From an uncultured Pseudomonadota bacterium (GTDB lineage: Bacteria; Oederibacteriota; Muellerivitia; Muellerivitales; Muellerivitaceae): 64,000 nt of DNA. Location: the NCBI GenBank assembly GCA_963836235.1, contig CAWIIP010000001.1, positions 512,175-576,174 of the forward strand, in the 5' to 3' direction. Below, piece after piece: positions 50,930 through 59,694 of the stretch. A program made the translations under genes and the position numbers. Each line of letters opens with the position of its first letter. The first letter of the stretch is position 1. The notes under the pieces were generated by a model. That model made no database searches. It was not told where the DNA came from and saw nothing but the letters and a program-made list of their open reading frames with translations.

Positions 50930-51756
50930 GAAAGCCTCTTCCTTGGTTTCTCGGGAACCACTTCCACGTCCCCCGAAGTCACCCTTTCCACAATCCCGCT
51001 GTCTTTTCTCACCAGCAGGGCGCCCTTCTCGTCGATGCCCGTCACTTGTCCGTGAAAAACATGGTGGCCCTGCGTGACCTTCACCTGCCGTCCCAGGGTC
51101 ACCGCCCGTTTGCGCCATTCGGCCAGCACCTTGGAAAATTGCCTCTCCGCCACCCAATGGTAGGTCTCTTCCAGCTCTTCCAAGAGAACCCGAAGAAACC
51201 GGGCCCGGTCCACCTTGCGCCCTGAAAAGCGGTAAAGGCTGGTGGCCGTCCCCCTCAAGTCCCGTGGAAAATCCCGGATGGATTGGTTCAGGTTGACGCC
51301 GATGCCCAGCACCACCGAGGCCATTTTATCTTTTTTCGGCCCCATTTCGGTCAAAATGCCGCAGACTTTGCGCCCGCCCAAAAGCAGGTCATTGGGCCAC
51401 TTAATCTGGGGTTTCACCCGGAAACTTTCGAGGGTCTTCGCCACCGCCACCGCCGCCGCCAGGGTAATCTCCGGAAGCTCGTCCGAATGCAGTTGGGGCC
51501 GAAGCAGCAGGGAAAAAGCCAGCCCCTTCCCCTGGGTTTGGGTCCATCGCCTTCCCTGCCGCCCCCGCCCCTGGGTTTGGATGTCCGCCGTCACGGTGGT
51601 CCCTTCCAGGGCGCCCTGCCGCGCCAGTTCCAGGATCACGTCGTTGGTGGAGGTGGTCTTTTCCAGGCACAGCAGGCTGCGCCCCAAAACACGGGTTTTG
51701 AGGCCTTTGAGAACGGCTTCCGGTATTAGTCGGGTTTTGGAGGAGGTGGGTTTCAT
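50926..51756 (-). CDS. birA: Biotin-protein ligase (no N-terminal HTH)
   Basis: STN, QTQGRGRQGRRW, IKWPND, KVCGIL, GIGVN. Confidence 0.95.
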   Translation of the reverse strand: MKPTSSKTRLIPEAVLKGLKTRVLGRSLLCLEKTTSTNDVILELARQGALEGTTVTADIQTQGRGRQGRRWTQTQGKGLAFSLLLRPQLHSDELPEITLAAAVAVAKTLESFRVKPQIKWPNDLLLGGRKVCGILTEMGPKKDKMASVVLGIGVNLNQSIRDFPRDLRGTATSLYRFSGRKVDRARFLRVLLEELEETYHWVAERQFSKVLAEWRKRAVTLGRQVKVTQGHHVFHGQVTGIDEKGALLVRKDSGIVERVTSGDVEVVPEKPRKRLS

Positions 51757-51811
51757 GCCGAAAGAAAATAACCGATGGAAGAAGTGATGAACAGGAAAAA
51801 GTTCCGGTTGG

Positions 51812-51880
51812 TTAGGACCAACCGGCTTTGGGGAATCTCCTAACGGTTTGGGAACCGGAACAAAGCTTGAGGTGTGGCAC
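51812..51880 (-). pseudogene. Truncated HicA-like toxin remnant (22 aa)
   Basis: GTG overlapping the hicB stop gives MPHLKLCSGSQTVRRFPKAGWS*, which resembles a HicA N-terminus ending before the GSH motif. Confidence 0.55.
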
Positions 51881-52080
51881 TACACATTAACCGAGACCAG
51901 CTTTTTCTTTTGAATCCGATGCTTGGATTCCATGACTTCCATCCAGCCCTCAATAGCCTCATGGATATTTTTAATGGCTTCCCGGCGCGTCTTGCCTTGG
52001 GAAAGGCATCCCGGTAAAGCCGGGACTTCAGCCACGTAATAACCCGAATTGTCTTTTTCAAGGATGACATGAAATTTCAT
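51880..52080 (-). CDS. hicB: HicB-family antitoxin (short form)
   Basis: YVAEVPALPGCLSQGKTRREAIKNIHEAI. Confidence 0.9.
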   Translation of the reverse strand: MKFHVILEKDNSGYYVAEVPALPGCLSQGKTRREAIKNIHEAIEGWMEVMESKHRIQKKKLVSVNV

Positions 52081-52170
52081 GAATTGCCTCGGCATTCATT
52101 AAATTAAAAAAAGGGGGTTAAGGTCAATACAGCAAAGGGGATTTCAAAAGGGTGGAAGTCCAATTTGGTT

Positions 52171-52554
52171 TTAAGACCAATGGCTTAATTTCAGCCCTTG
52201 AACCCGGTCGAAATGGCGGTTGTTGCGGGTCAGTAAATGGGCCCCGTGTTCCACCACGATTCCAGCGATCAAGCTGTCGGCCATCCCAATCCCATGCCCT
52301 TTTTGGTCCAGATGGCGCCGGATCTCAGCGGCCCGGTCCGCCGCGGGAACGTCCAATGTCAGAATCTTAAGGGCTTCCAATAATTGTTCGACTTTTTCAT
52401 TTTGCTTCATGTTTTTAGAGCCGGAAAGCAGCTCAAACCGGTTAATCACAGTGGTATAGAGAGCGCCTACCCGCAGTTCCCGCTCGACACGGCCGGCCCC
52501 AGGGTCTTTACCCGCCAAAAAATCGATGAGAACATCCGTATCCGCGATGATCAT
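52171..52554 (-). CDS. vapC: VapC PIN-domain toxin
   Basis: ADTDVLID, FELLSG, ADSLIAG, LTRNNRHF. Confidence 0.93.
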   Translation of the reverse strand: MIIADTDVLIDFLAGKDPGAGRVERELRVGALYTTVINRFELLSGSKNMKQNEKVEQLLEALKILTLDVPAADRAAEIRRHLDQKGHGIGMADSLIAGIVVEHGAHLLTRNNRHFDRVQGLKLSHWS

Positions 52555-52790
52555 CGCCAGGATTCCCTGATCTTTTCGGTTTCCGCTCTTAGCTTTTCGG
52601 AATCAAGCTTTCCTAAGCTCCCTTTCAAACTCAAAGCCTTTTTACGGGTATCGGAAGCCTTGTCCTCGACGCCGAAATAAAATTCCAAAGCTTCCTCGAT
52701 AATATGAGAAAAGCCTTTGGCGCCCTTGTGGGCCGCCCGCTTCAAAAGTTCCGCCCTTAATTTTTCCTTGATTTCAATCGTTGTCCGCAT
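52551..52790 (-). CDS. vapB: VapB-like RHH antitoxin
   Basis: MRTTIEI..LLKRAAHKGAKGFSHIIEEAL; ATGA overlap with vapC. Confidence 0.8.
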   Translation of the reverse strand: MRTTIEIKEKLRAELLKRAAHKGAKGFSHIIEEALEFYFGVEDKASDTRKKALSLKGSLGKLDSEKLRAETEKIRESWR

Positions 52791-52815
52791 CGGCGACCTC
52801 CTTTTTCGATATGTT

Positions 52816-52835
52816 ACATGCATGTGCATGCATGT
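52816..52835. promoter_or_regulatory. Palindromic operator of the vapBC operon
   Basis: ACATGCATG-tg-CATGCATGT, perfect 9-bp IR about 25 bp upstream of the antitoxin start. Confidence 0.6.
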
Positions 52836-53075
52836 CGCAAGAGGCATCAAACCCATTAAAAAAGGGTTTGATGCCGAAGGCGTATATCCCCTTACCGAAT
52901 CCACCAGACGAGGTGCGTGCTTTGGGTGTGCTGATGCCTAAACAGGCATCAGTTGAACGGTGCATATTCAAAGGTAATCCGTGCGGAAACAAAGGAAAAA
53001 CAACCGATGATATCGAAGAGGTTTTTACCCGGTTTTATTTATAAGGTTAATTAAACGGGTGCCGTTTCGGAGGGA

Positions 53076-53378
53076 CTACCGACGGCCCTTTGAACTATCC
53101 CCCCGGCGGTTATCTTTCTTGTTCTTCGCCTCGGCAGGGTTGTAGCCCGCGAAACGGTTCCATCCGCCAGGTGTCTTCCCCGTCGTTTTCGGCAACTCAA
53201 TCGGACCGGATGCGACTGGCGCGGGTATCGCGGCCGGGACCGGCGTCACCGGCGGAGCAGCTATCACAACTGGGGCTGGTACGGATGCCGGGACCGACAC
53301 TGCTTCCGGGATGCTCGCCACCGGGGCTGGTACAGATGCCGGCGCCGTTTCCTTGATTTCACTATTCAACGTTTCCAT
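53076..53378 (-). CDS. Small Pro/Ala-rich hypothetical protein
   Basis: AAGGA RBS, repeated PASVPAPV, basic C-terminus. Confidence 0.6.
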   Translation of the reverse strand: METLNSEIKETAPASVPAPVASIPEAVSVPASVPAPVVIAAPPVTPVPAAIPAPVASGPIELPKTTGKTPGGWNRFAGYNPAEAKNKKDNRRGDSSKGRR

Positions 53379-53556
53379 TTACATTTCCTTTTTACCCTGA
53401 GTTCCCTTGTTCTGAGCGACCTTTAGAGTGTCGAATCCTTCGAAGGGTTGGCCTTGGTGGGGCCTATATGTTACAAAACGGCCTATAAGTTATCATTAAA
53501 AGGGAAAATAGATAGCAATTCTTAACTGAAGCATGGGGAATATGCGGTTATCGGAA

Positions 53557-53646
53557 CCATTGGGTTTGGCCTTCTTCTCCCCGCCCTCTTCCCGGCCCGG
53601 TTCTTGAATTTTCATTGGGTTCTCCCAGGGCGATCCTATCAAAATC
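53557..53646. repeat. ~90-bp direct repeat, copy 1
   Basis: ccattgggtttggccttcttctccccgccctcttcccggcccggttcttgaattttcattgggttctcc...caaaatc. Confidence 0.9.
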
Positions 53647-53715
53647 GGGTCATTCCTGTCTGGATTCTGCCTTTTGGGTCTTATGGGTCGTGATGGGGTT
53701 CTTTAAAACCTTCTT

Positions 53716-54165
53716 TTACTTTTTTGAAAAATCACCGATCCATTTCACTGCGGCGGGCCCTTTTTGAAGCCGCTTGAACAGTTTCTGGTCCGCCGTGATC
53801 AAGGGTGACTTCAGCTCTTCCGCTAATGCCACGTAACAGGCGTCATAAGCCGTAATTTCCCATTTCAGCGCGAGGTCCAAGGCCCTCGGCATCAACAGCC
53901 CCGCGGAAACCGCCCTGAGGCCCAGGTTTTTTGTGGCCGCGATATCTTTAAGGGCGTCCGCGGCGGAATAACCCGACCGGCGCACATACTTCCAAAGAAT
54001 ATTGGCGCATTCCGCGTAAAAAAGATCAGGAACAAAGGGTTCAATGGAAGGGTCTTCAGTCATGCCAAGGAATAGGGATTTCGCCTCCGGAGCATGGTCT
54101 TCAGACACAAAAAGTTTGATACCCACGCTGGCATCAATCACCAAGCGAGAAGGAAGGTCTTTCAC
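53716..54165 (-). CDS. vapC: VapC PIN-domain toxin
   Basis: VIDASV, YAECANILWK, ITAYDACYVALAE, LITAD. Confidence 0.93.
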   Translation of the reverse strand: MKDLPSRLVIDASVGIKLFVSEDHAPEAKSLFLGMTEDPSIEPFVPDLFYAECANILWKYVRRSGYSAADALKDIAATKNLGLRAVSAGLLMPRALDLALKWEITAYDACYVALAEELKSPLITADQKLFKRLQKGPAAVKWIGDFSKK

Positions 54166-54410
54166 CGCTCCCTGTCTTCCCGTAAAAGGGTCACGCTATT
54201 AGGAATACCAGGTTTCAACTTGCGCTTGGCGCTTCTTTTGAGAATGCCGGCAAGGGCCTTTTTGTGGGTGTAAAGGGCCTGTTCTTCATGCACCGCGTTG
54301 CCGAGCAGGTGAACGACCTCCGAGTTGAACGAACGTCTTTCTTCCTCGGCCAGTTTCTTAATCTCCCGATAAAGGGGCTCAGGTACGTTGCGCACGTGCA
54401 GAATGGGCAT
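54162..54410 (-). CDS. FitA-like RHH antitoxin
   Basis: MPILHVRNVPE..LAEEERRSFNSEV..SVTLLREDRER; overlaps the toxin start. Confidence 0.85.
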   Translation of the reverse strand: MPILHVRNVPEPLYREIKKLAEEERRSFNSEVVHLLGNAVHEEQALYTHKKALAGILKRSAKRKLKPGIPNSVTLLREDRER

Positions 54411-54560
54411 TTCATTCCTCCATAAGGTTTTCAAGAAGTATAAACCGATGTGGTTGCATAACGCAACCACTCAGCCAACTCGGAAAGGATTTCTAAACTA
54501 GAAATGGGAGGCCTGGCTTTTTTTTTCAACATTTCGTAGAGCTCGTGGATCAGCTGGACC

Positions 54561-54702
54561 CCTTTGGGTTTGACCTTCTTCCCTCCGCCCTCTTCCCGGT
54601 CCGGTTCTTGAATTTTCATTGGGTTCTCTCAGGCCGATACTACCAAAATCCTGCCGTAGCGGCAGGCCCTAACCCAAAACCTAAAGTGTCAACCGGTGAC
54701 CT
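54561..54702. repeat. Direct repeat, copy 2 (90-bp core plus ~50-bp extension)
   Basis: Core differs from copy 1 at about 9 of 90 positions; extension (gcaggccc..caaaacctaaa.tgt) is shared with copy 3. Confidence 0.9.
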
Positions 54703-54711
54703 TATCCTTTT

Positions 54712-55635
54712 TCATTCCTTCTTTTCATTTTGCTTAGCCTCAAGTCGCGTGCGCTTCACGCCCGGAGGAGCTTGATCCATGATTTCAACAAATGAATCCG
54801 GTCCCATAAAATTTTGAGGGAATATGGCCAGGCATGGTTTCCCGGTATATTTCGATTTGTAGCGAATTCCTTCAATTCCAGCGCCTACAACTAATTGGCC
54901 AAAAACTTGCGATGCCGTTGGGAGATCTAATTGCATTGGCATGCTTCGCCAATTGGGTTCGTATATCGCCGATAAAAGTTCTTCAATAGTTTTCACTTTT
55001 TTTCCATCGTCACCAAGTTTCGCCAGTTCAACTTTCGAGGCTTCTGAGTTTTTAAAATTTTTTATTAAATTAACAAACCCTTGTAAGCGTTCAGGTTCAT
55101 AAAGATCAATTATTGTTTCCAGAGACCCGTAAACGGAAACGATCGCTATGGAATTTGTATTAGTCAAAGCTAATTCATGGGCCGATAAGCCATCTTTTCC
55201 AGTAAGTTCGCACTGAAACATTTCTTGCAATACTGTGTCTTTATCCTCTGCTAAGTATAAAGCTGGAAATGTAGGAAATCGCGCTTGGTCAATATCCCCA
55301 ATATTAAAGCGGCCGCCCGTATCCCTCAGACTACCTTCGATTGATAGAGGATCTAGAGCCCATTTGTATTTAACGCCTCGCTGATATTTTGAAAACTCAA
55401 ACGGTTTGATCGCTGCTGCAACCAGCGAGATTTTAATCTCATCCTTTATCAATGAACGTTGATGAGCAAATTCGCTATCCCGATCCCAATAAACACGGCT
55501 AAAGAATTCCTGTCTTTCCTTACCCTGCTTTATATCTTCTACGGTAAAGCGATCAAGATTATAAGTAACTTTTTTAAGCGGCGGGTGTTGAGGCGGTTGT
55601 GGTTTGCGGTTCCAACCACGGCGGGCCTTTGACAT
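54712..55635 (-). CDS. RES-domain toxin (long form)
   Basis: GGRFN, ALYLAED..LQE, GIEGIRYKS..CLAIFP. Confidence 0.85.
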   Translation of the reverse strand: MSKARRGWNRKPQPPQHPPLKKVTYNLDRFTVEDIKQGKERQEFFSRVYWDRDSEFAHQRSLIKDEIKISLVAAAIKPFEFSKYQRGVKYKWALDPLSIEGSLRDTGGRFNIGDIDQARFPTFPALYLAEDKDTVLQEMFQCELTGKDGLSAHELALTNTNSIAIVSVYGSLETIIDLYEPERLQGFVNLIKNFKNSEASKVELAKLGDDGKKVKTIEELLSAIYEPNWRSMPMQLDLPTASQVFGQLVVGAGIEGIRYKSKYTGKPCLAIFPQNFMGPDSFVEIMDQAPPGVKRTRLEAKQNEKKE

Positions 55636-56027
55636 TACTTAACCGCGGGTGGACGGTTTTCTTCGATGGCATTCACAACAAACGCCATTAATCTCTTATA
55701 TCGGCCAAACCGAATCATGTCTCGTGGCGACATATTGCCTAAAAGCGGGTTTTGAACTGTAAACCAAAGTGTGGTTTTATGAACATCACCATTAAAAAAA
55801 CCAGCCACCAAATTCAAAAGGTTTCCCCATTCGATAAATCTATCCCGCAATTCGGGTGGAATATTCTTATCGTATCGAATCGAGTTTGCTGAGATGCCAG
55901 TCGCTTTAGAAATTTCTTCTTTTTTAAAATGCGTGAACTTATTGACGTTTTGGTAATTGGGCTCATTACCATTAAATAGTTTCAAAAAATCCTTTTCTGG
56001 CACTGTTGAAAAAACCGAAGGTGACAT
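55635..56027 (-). CDS. Xre/MbcA/ParS-type antitoxin
   Basis: HTH-like EISKATGISANSIRY plus WFTVQNPLLGNMSPRDMI; stop overlaps the RES start. Confidence 0.85.
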   Translation of the reverse strand: MSPSVFSTVPEKDFLKLFNGNEPNYQNVNKFTHFKKEEISKATGISANSIRYDKNIPPELRDRFIEWGNLLNLVAGFFNGDVHKTTLWFTVQNPLLGNMSPRDMIRFGRYKRLMAFVVNAIEENRPPAVK

Positions 56028-56166
56028 GATCGCCTCCTTTAATGAAGTTCCACATTATTACCACAAATTTACCATGTTTCCACCACCTTCTTCAGGCTAG
56101 GTTTTTTGTTTAGAAATATCAAGATAAGCCTAAAACGCTTTAAATTGGCCATTGGTATGAAGAAGC

Positions 56167-56308
56167 CCTTTGGGTTGGCCCTTCTTCTCCCCGCCCTCTT
56201 CCCGGTCCGGCTTTTGAGTTTTCAGTAGGTTCTCCTAGGCCCGTCATTGCAAAATCCGGCCATGCCCGCAGGCCCGGACTCAAAACCTAAAATGTTATCT
56301 GCTGGCCT
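56167..56308. repeat. Direct repeat, copy 3 (most diverged)
   Basis: cctttgggttggcccttcttctccccgccctcttcccggtccggcttttgagttttcagtaggttctcc...caaaatc plus extension. Confidence 0.88.
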
Positions 56309-56332
56309 GGCCCCTTTGTTTCCCTAAAAGGG

Positions 56333-58651
56333 TTATGTTACTGTCGGTTGATAAAGATACTTTTGAAATCCTGCAAACACTCGACCAATTTCGGTTGGAT
56401 TGCCCAGGTCTGCCACCGCATCTGAAATCGAATCATGGTATTTGAGTTTCAGAAGCGGAGTTAGCTTCTCTTGGTCTAGTTCCTCTACGCCCTCGCTAAT
56501 GTAATGCGAAAGCACGAAGTCGAGAAAGGCCTGTTGCTTGTTATTAAATTGGGTATTCATCACGGCCTTAGCTTTTCTGGCCCGTTCTTCACGGGTGAGA
56601 GGGGCAAGCGCATAGGCAACATAGGCCAAAACGTCAAATAAATCGCTCTTCTCCGCGTCGATGATTTTTTGCATTTCAAAAAGCTGGTCCTTGCCGAAAC
56701 CCTTTTCGGCCAAGCCATCCAGCAATCTCTTTCGGGTATCCGGGGCGCTCCACAAAGCCCGAAGCTCCGCTTCGTTCTTGAAAAAATCCGGCAATTTGCC
56801 AAATAGCATTTCCATGAACTGCTGGGCGCTCATGGGCATGCCGTCGGGGTGCCAAAAGGTGGTGGACGCCATATGTTGGATCGTTCGGGCTTTCCCGTCA
56901 GCCAGCTTGACTTTAATTTTCTCCGGCCTTGGCTTGGATTCTCCGGCCCCCGGATGACCGGGAACATGTGGGTATTGGTTGTCTTTGGGCGCCTTGGGCT
57001 CCGGCTCCAAGGGTTCCCCATCCCATTCCTTATCGTGAAAGTGGTGGTGGGCCTTCACAAAATCATAAATGGTAAAGTAATCTTTGCCGTCGTAAAGCCT
57101 TGTTCCCCGGCCAATGATCTGCTTGAACTCAATCATTGAATTGACCGGGCGCATTAAAACGATGTTTCTAATATTGCGGGCATCCACTCCCGTCGAGAGC
57201 TTTTTTGAGGTAGTCAGGATGGTCGGAATGGTCTTTTCATTGTCCTGAAAGTCCCGCAAGTGCTGGTCGCCCAGCGCCCCGTCGTTGGCGGTTACCCTTT
57301 GGCAGTAATGGGGGTCAGTGCTGGTTTTCATCTGGTTAACCAGGTCGCGCACGGCCAAAGCGTGCTCCTGGGTGGCGCAAAAAACCAGGGTCTTTTCGGC
57401 CTGGTTGATTTCATCCATGAAAATCCTAACCCGTTTGGCCTCGCGTTCCCTGATCTCGATAATCCGGTTGAAGTCCGTTTCCACGTAACGTCTTCCGGCC
57501 TCGATTTCCCCTTCGATCAAGTTGTCATCCGGCGTATAGACGTATTCGTCCAATGTCGTTGAAATCTGCCTCACCTTGAACGGCGTGAGGAAGCCATCGT
57601 TGATGCCTTCCTTGAGGGAATAGATGTAAACCGGTTCGCCGAAATAACGGTAGGTATCGGCGTTCTCCACCCGTTTTGGCGTGGCGGTGAGGCCAAGTTG
57701 TACCGCCGTGGAGAAATATTCCATGATTCCCCGCCAGTTGCTCTCGTCGTTCGCCCCTCCCCGGTGGCACTCGTCAATGACGATGAAATCGAAAAAATCC
57801 TTCGGGTATTCGCCGAAATAGGGCGATGGCTTCCCGTCCTTGGGCGGCCCGCTCATGAAGGTTTGGAAGATGGTGAAAAAGATGCTCCCGTTAGTCGGCA
57901 CCCTCTCCCTTCGACGAATCTCATCTGGCTTAATCCGCACCAGGGCGTCCTCGGGGAAAGAGGAAAAGGCGTTATAGGCTTGGTCAGCCAGGATATTGCG
58001 GTCGGCTAGGAAGAGAATTCGGGGCCGGCGGGAGGGTTCCCGGCTAAGGTTCCACCGGCTATGAAATAGCTTCCAGGCGATCTGGAAAGCGATGAATGTT
58101 TTTCCGGTGCCGGTCGCCAGGGTCAAAAGGATGCGGTTTTTGTTGGCCGCGACGGCTTCCATCACCCGTTCCACGGCGATGTCCTGGTAATAGCGGGAGG
58201 GATGGCTTCCGCCCTTGTCCTCAAAAGGTACGGTGGAAAAGCGGTCTCTCCAGGCGCTTGCTTCGGAGAAAGTGGCGGCCCATAGCTGGTCCGGCGCGGG
58301 AAAAGACGAAATCTCACCCTCTTTCCCCGTTTGCATGTCAATCTGGTAAAAGCCTTTGCCGTTAGTGGAATAGGCGAACCGTACCGCCATTTTTCCCGAA
58401 TAATCCTTGGCCTGGCCCACCCCCTCGGTGAGTGGCGCGTCCCAAGGCTTGGCTTCCACCACCGCCATTTTTCGGTTGCGGTAAACCAGCACATAGTCGG
58501 CTATCGAAGGCTTGGCCCGCCGCCCCAGCCCCTCTATGCGGCCCGGCGTAATGTGGTACTCCCGCAGGATGCGGCTTCCCTCCACCACGCCCCAACCGGC
58601 CGCCTTCAAGGCGGGGTCAATATGTTCGGCCCGGGTTTCGGCTTCGTTCAT
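56333..58651 (-). CDS. hsdR: Type I restriction endonuclease subunit R (EcoAI-like)
   Basis: ADYVL..VVEAK, LATGTGKT, IDECHRG, LTATP, LSTGVD, KQIIGRGTR. Confidence 0.96.
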   Translation of the reverse strand: MNEAETRAEHIDPALKAAGWGVVEGSRILREYHITPGRIEGLGRRAKPSIADYVLVYRNRKMAVVEAKPWDAPLTEGVGQAKDYSGKMAVRFAYSTNGKGFYQIDMQTGKEGEISSFPAPDQLWAATFSEASAWRDRFSTVPFEDKGGSHPSRYYQDIAVERVMEAVAANKNRILLTLATGTGKTFIAFQIAWKLFHSRWNLSREPSRRPRILFLADRNILADQAYNAFSSFPEDALVRIKPDEIRRRERVPTNGSIFFTIFQTFMSGPPKDGKPSPYFGEYPKDFFDFIVIDECHRGGANDESNWRGIMEYFSTAVQLGLTATPKRVENADTYRYFGEPVYIYSLKEGINDGFLTPFKVRQISTTLDEYVYTPDDNLIEGEIEAGRRYVETDFNRIIEIREREAKRVRIFMDEINQAEKTLVFCATQEHALAVRDLVNQMKTSTDPHYCQRVTANDGALGDQHLRDFQDNEKTIPTILTTSKKLSTGVDARNIRNIVLMRPVNSMIEFKQIIGRGTRLYDGKDYFTIYDFVKAHHHFHDKEWDGEPLEPEPKAPKDNQYPHVPGHPGAGESKPRPEKIKVKLADGKARTIQHMASTTFWHPDGMPMSAQQFMEMLFGKLPDFFKNEAELRALWSAPDTRKRLLDGLAEKGFGKDQLFEMQKIIDAEKSDLFDVLAYVAYALAPLTREERARKAKAVMNTQFNNKQQAFLDFVLSHYISEGVEELDQEKLTPLLKLKYHDSISDAVADLGNPTEIGRVFAGFQKYLYQPTVT

Positions 58652-59691
58652 GGCTTGCCCTTCTTGGGTTTCTTCCGCTTGGGCAGTTTTTTCACCTCAG
58701 TCTCAAGCTGTTTCAGGCTATCTTCCTCCCCCGCGTCCTCAAGCTGGGCGCGGCGCCTATCGGCGAAAAGTTCGTATTCTTTTTCCGCCATCGCTTCCGC
58801 CTTTTCATGGCTAATCTTCCCGGCTCCCGGCAAAACGGCGCGGTCGTTGAATTTTAAGAAATCATCCAGCCGGGTTTTCCAATCCTTCAAGAATATCTGC
58901 TTCTTCCGCCGGGCCTGGTCCTCCGCGAAATCGAGGAACATCACCACAATGCGGTTGAGTTCGCCGATCTCCCGTTCGTTCAGGTAGTTTTTGGCAACCG
59001 TCACATCCCCCTTGCGCACCACCCCGCCTTTCCAGGCGGTCAAATCCATGTTGGGCTTCTTGGCATCGGCCCTTTGGGCGATCAATTCGGAGGCGGTCTT
59101 GCCGGCGGCGGCGAAATGAAGCTTGTTTTGGATGGTTTGGTAGAAAACCTTGGTTTCCTCGTCGGTGGGCTTATAGTCGGCGGCTAAGGCCAGGATTTCC
59201 CTGACCCGCAGATACACCCGCCGCTCGCTGGCCCGGATGTCCCGGATTCGTTCCAGCAACTCGTCAAAATAATCCGCCAGACCCTTGCCGGGAGGGTTTT
59301 TAAGCCGCTCATCGTCCATCGTGAAGCCCTTGACCAGGTACTCCCTCAGTCGCTGGGTCGCCCAAACGCGGAATTGGGTGCCACGGGGGGAATGAACCCG
59401 GTAGCCGACCGAAATGATAAGGTCGAGATTGTAATATTCAACTTGATAGGTTTTTCCATCGGCGGCAGTTGTTGCATTTTTTGCAACAACTGAACCGGGC
59501 TGCAATTCGCCTTCCTCAAAAATAGACTGAATATGCCTGGAAATAACGGATTTATCACGCTGAAACAATTCGGCGATTTGCGCCTGGGTCAGCCAAATGG
59601 ATTCATCCTCAAACCTGCACTGGATGCGCGTGCGGCCGTCCTCGGTTTGGTAGAGGACGATGCTGGATTGAGGAGGTTCTTGGTTGGGCAC
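58648..59691 (-). CDS. rhuM: RhuM-family protein
   Basis: WLTQAQIAELF, YYNLDLIISVGYRV, QFRVWAT, RIRDIRASE, QNKLHFA, AKNYL. Confidence 0.92.
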   Translation of the reverse strand: MPNQEPPQSSIVLYQTEDGRTRIQCRFEDESIWLTQAQIAELFQRDKSVISRHIQSIFEEGELQPGSVVAKNATTAADGKTYQVEYYNLDLIISVGYRVHSPRGTQFRVWATQRLREYLVKGFTMDDERLKNPPGKGLADYFDELLERIRDIRASERRVYLRVREILALAADYKPTDEETKVFYQTIQNKLHFAAAGKTASELIAQRADAKKPNMDLTAWKGGVVRKGDVTVAKNYLNEREIGELNRIVVMFLDFAEDQARRKKQIFLKDWKTRLDDFLKFNDRAVLPGAGKISHEKAEAMAEKEYELFADRRRAQLEDAGEEDSLKQLETEVKKLPKRKKPKKGKP

Positions 59692-59694
59692 GGG

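Noticed and set aside
52860-53044. Hairpin CTGATGCCT-aaac-AGGCATCAG as a fluoride riboswitch, and overlapping short ORFs
   Set aside because: The other riboswitch consensus elements are absent and no protein family is recognisable
54431-54619. 62-aa ORF MKIQEPDREE... as an intact gene
   Set aside because: Its 5' half is the repeat unit, and the copies diverge into unrelated sequence after ~20 codons; treated as a fragment
53557-56308. Repeats as a CRISPR array or integron attC sites
   Set aside because: Units are ~90 bp and 1-1.6 kb apart, non-palindromic, with no conserved RYYYAAC/GTTRRRY pair and no cas or intI gene
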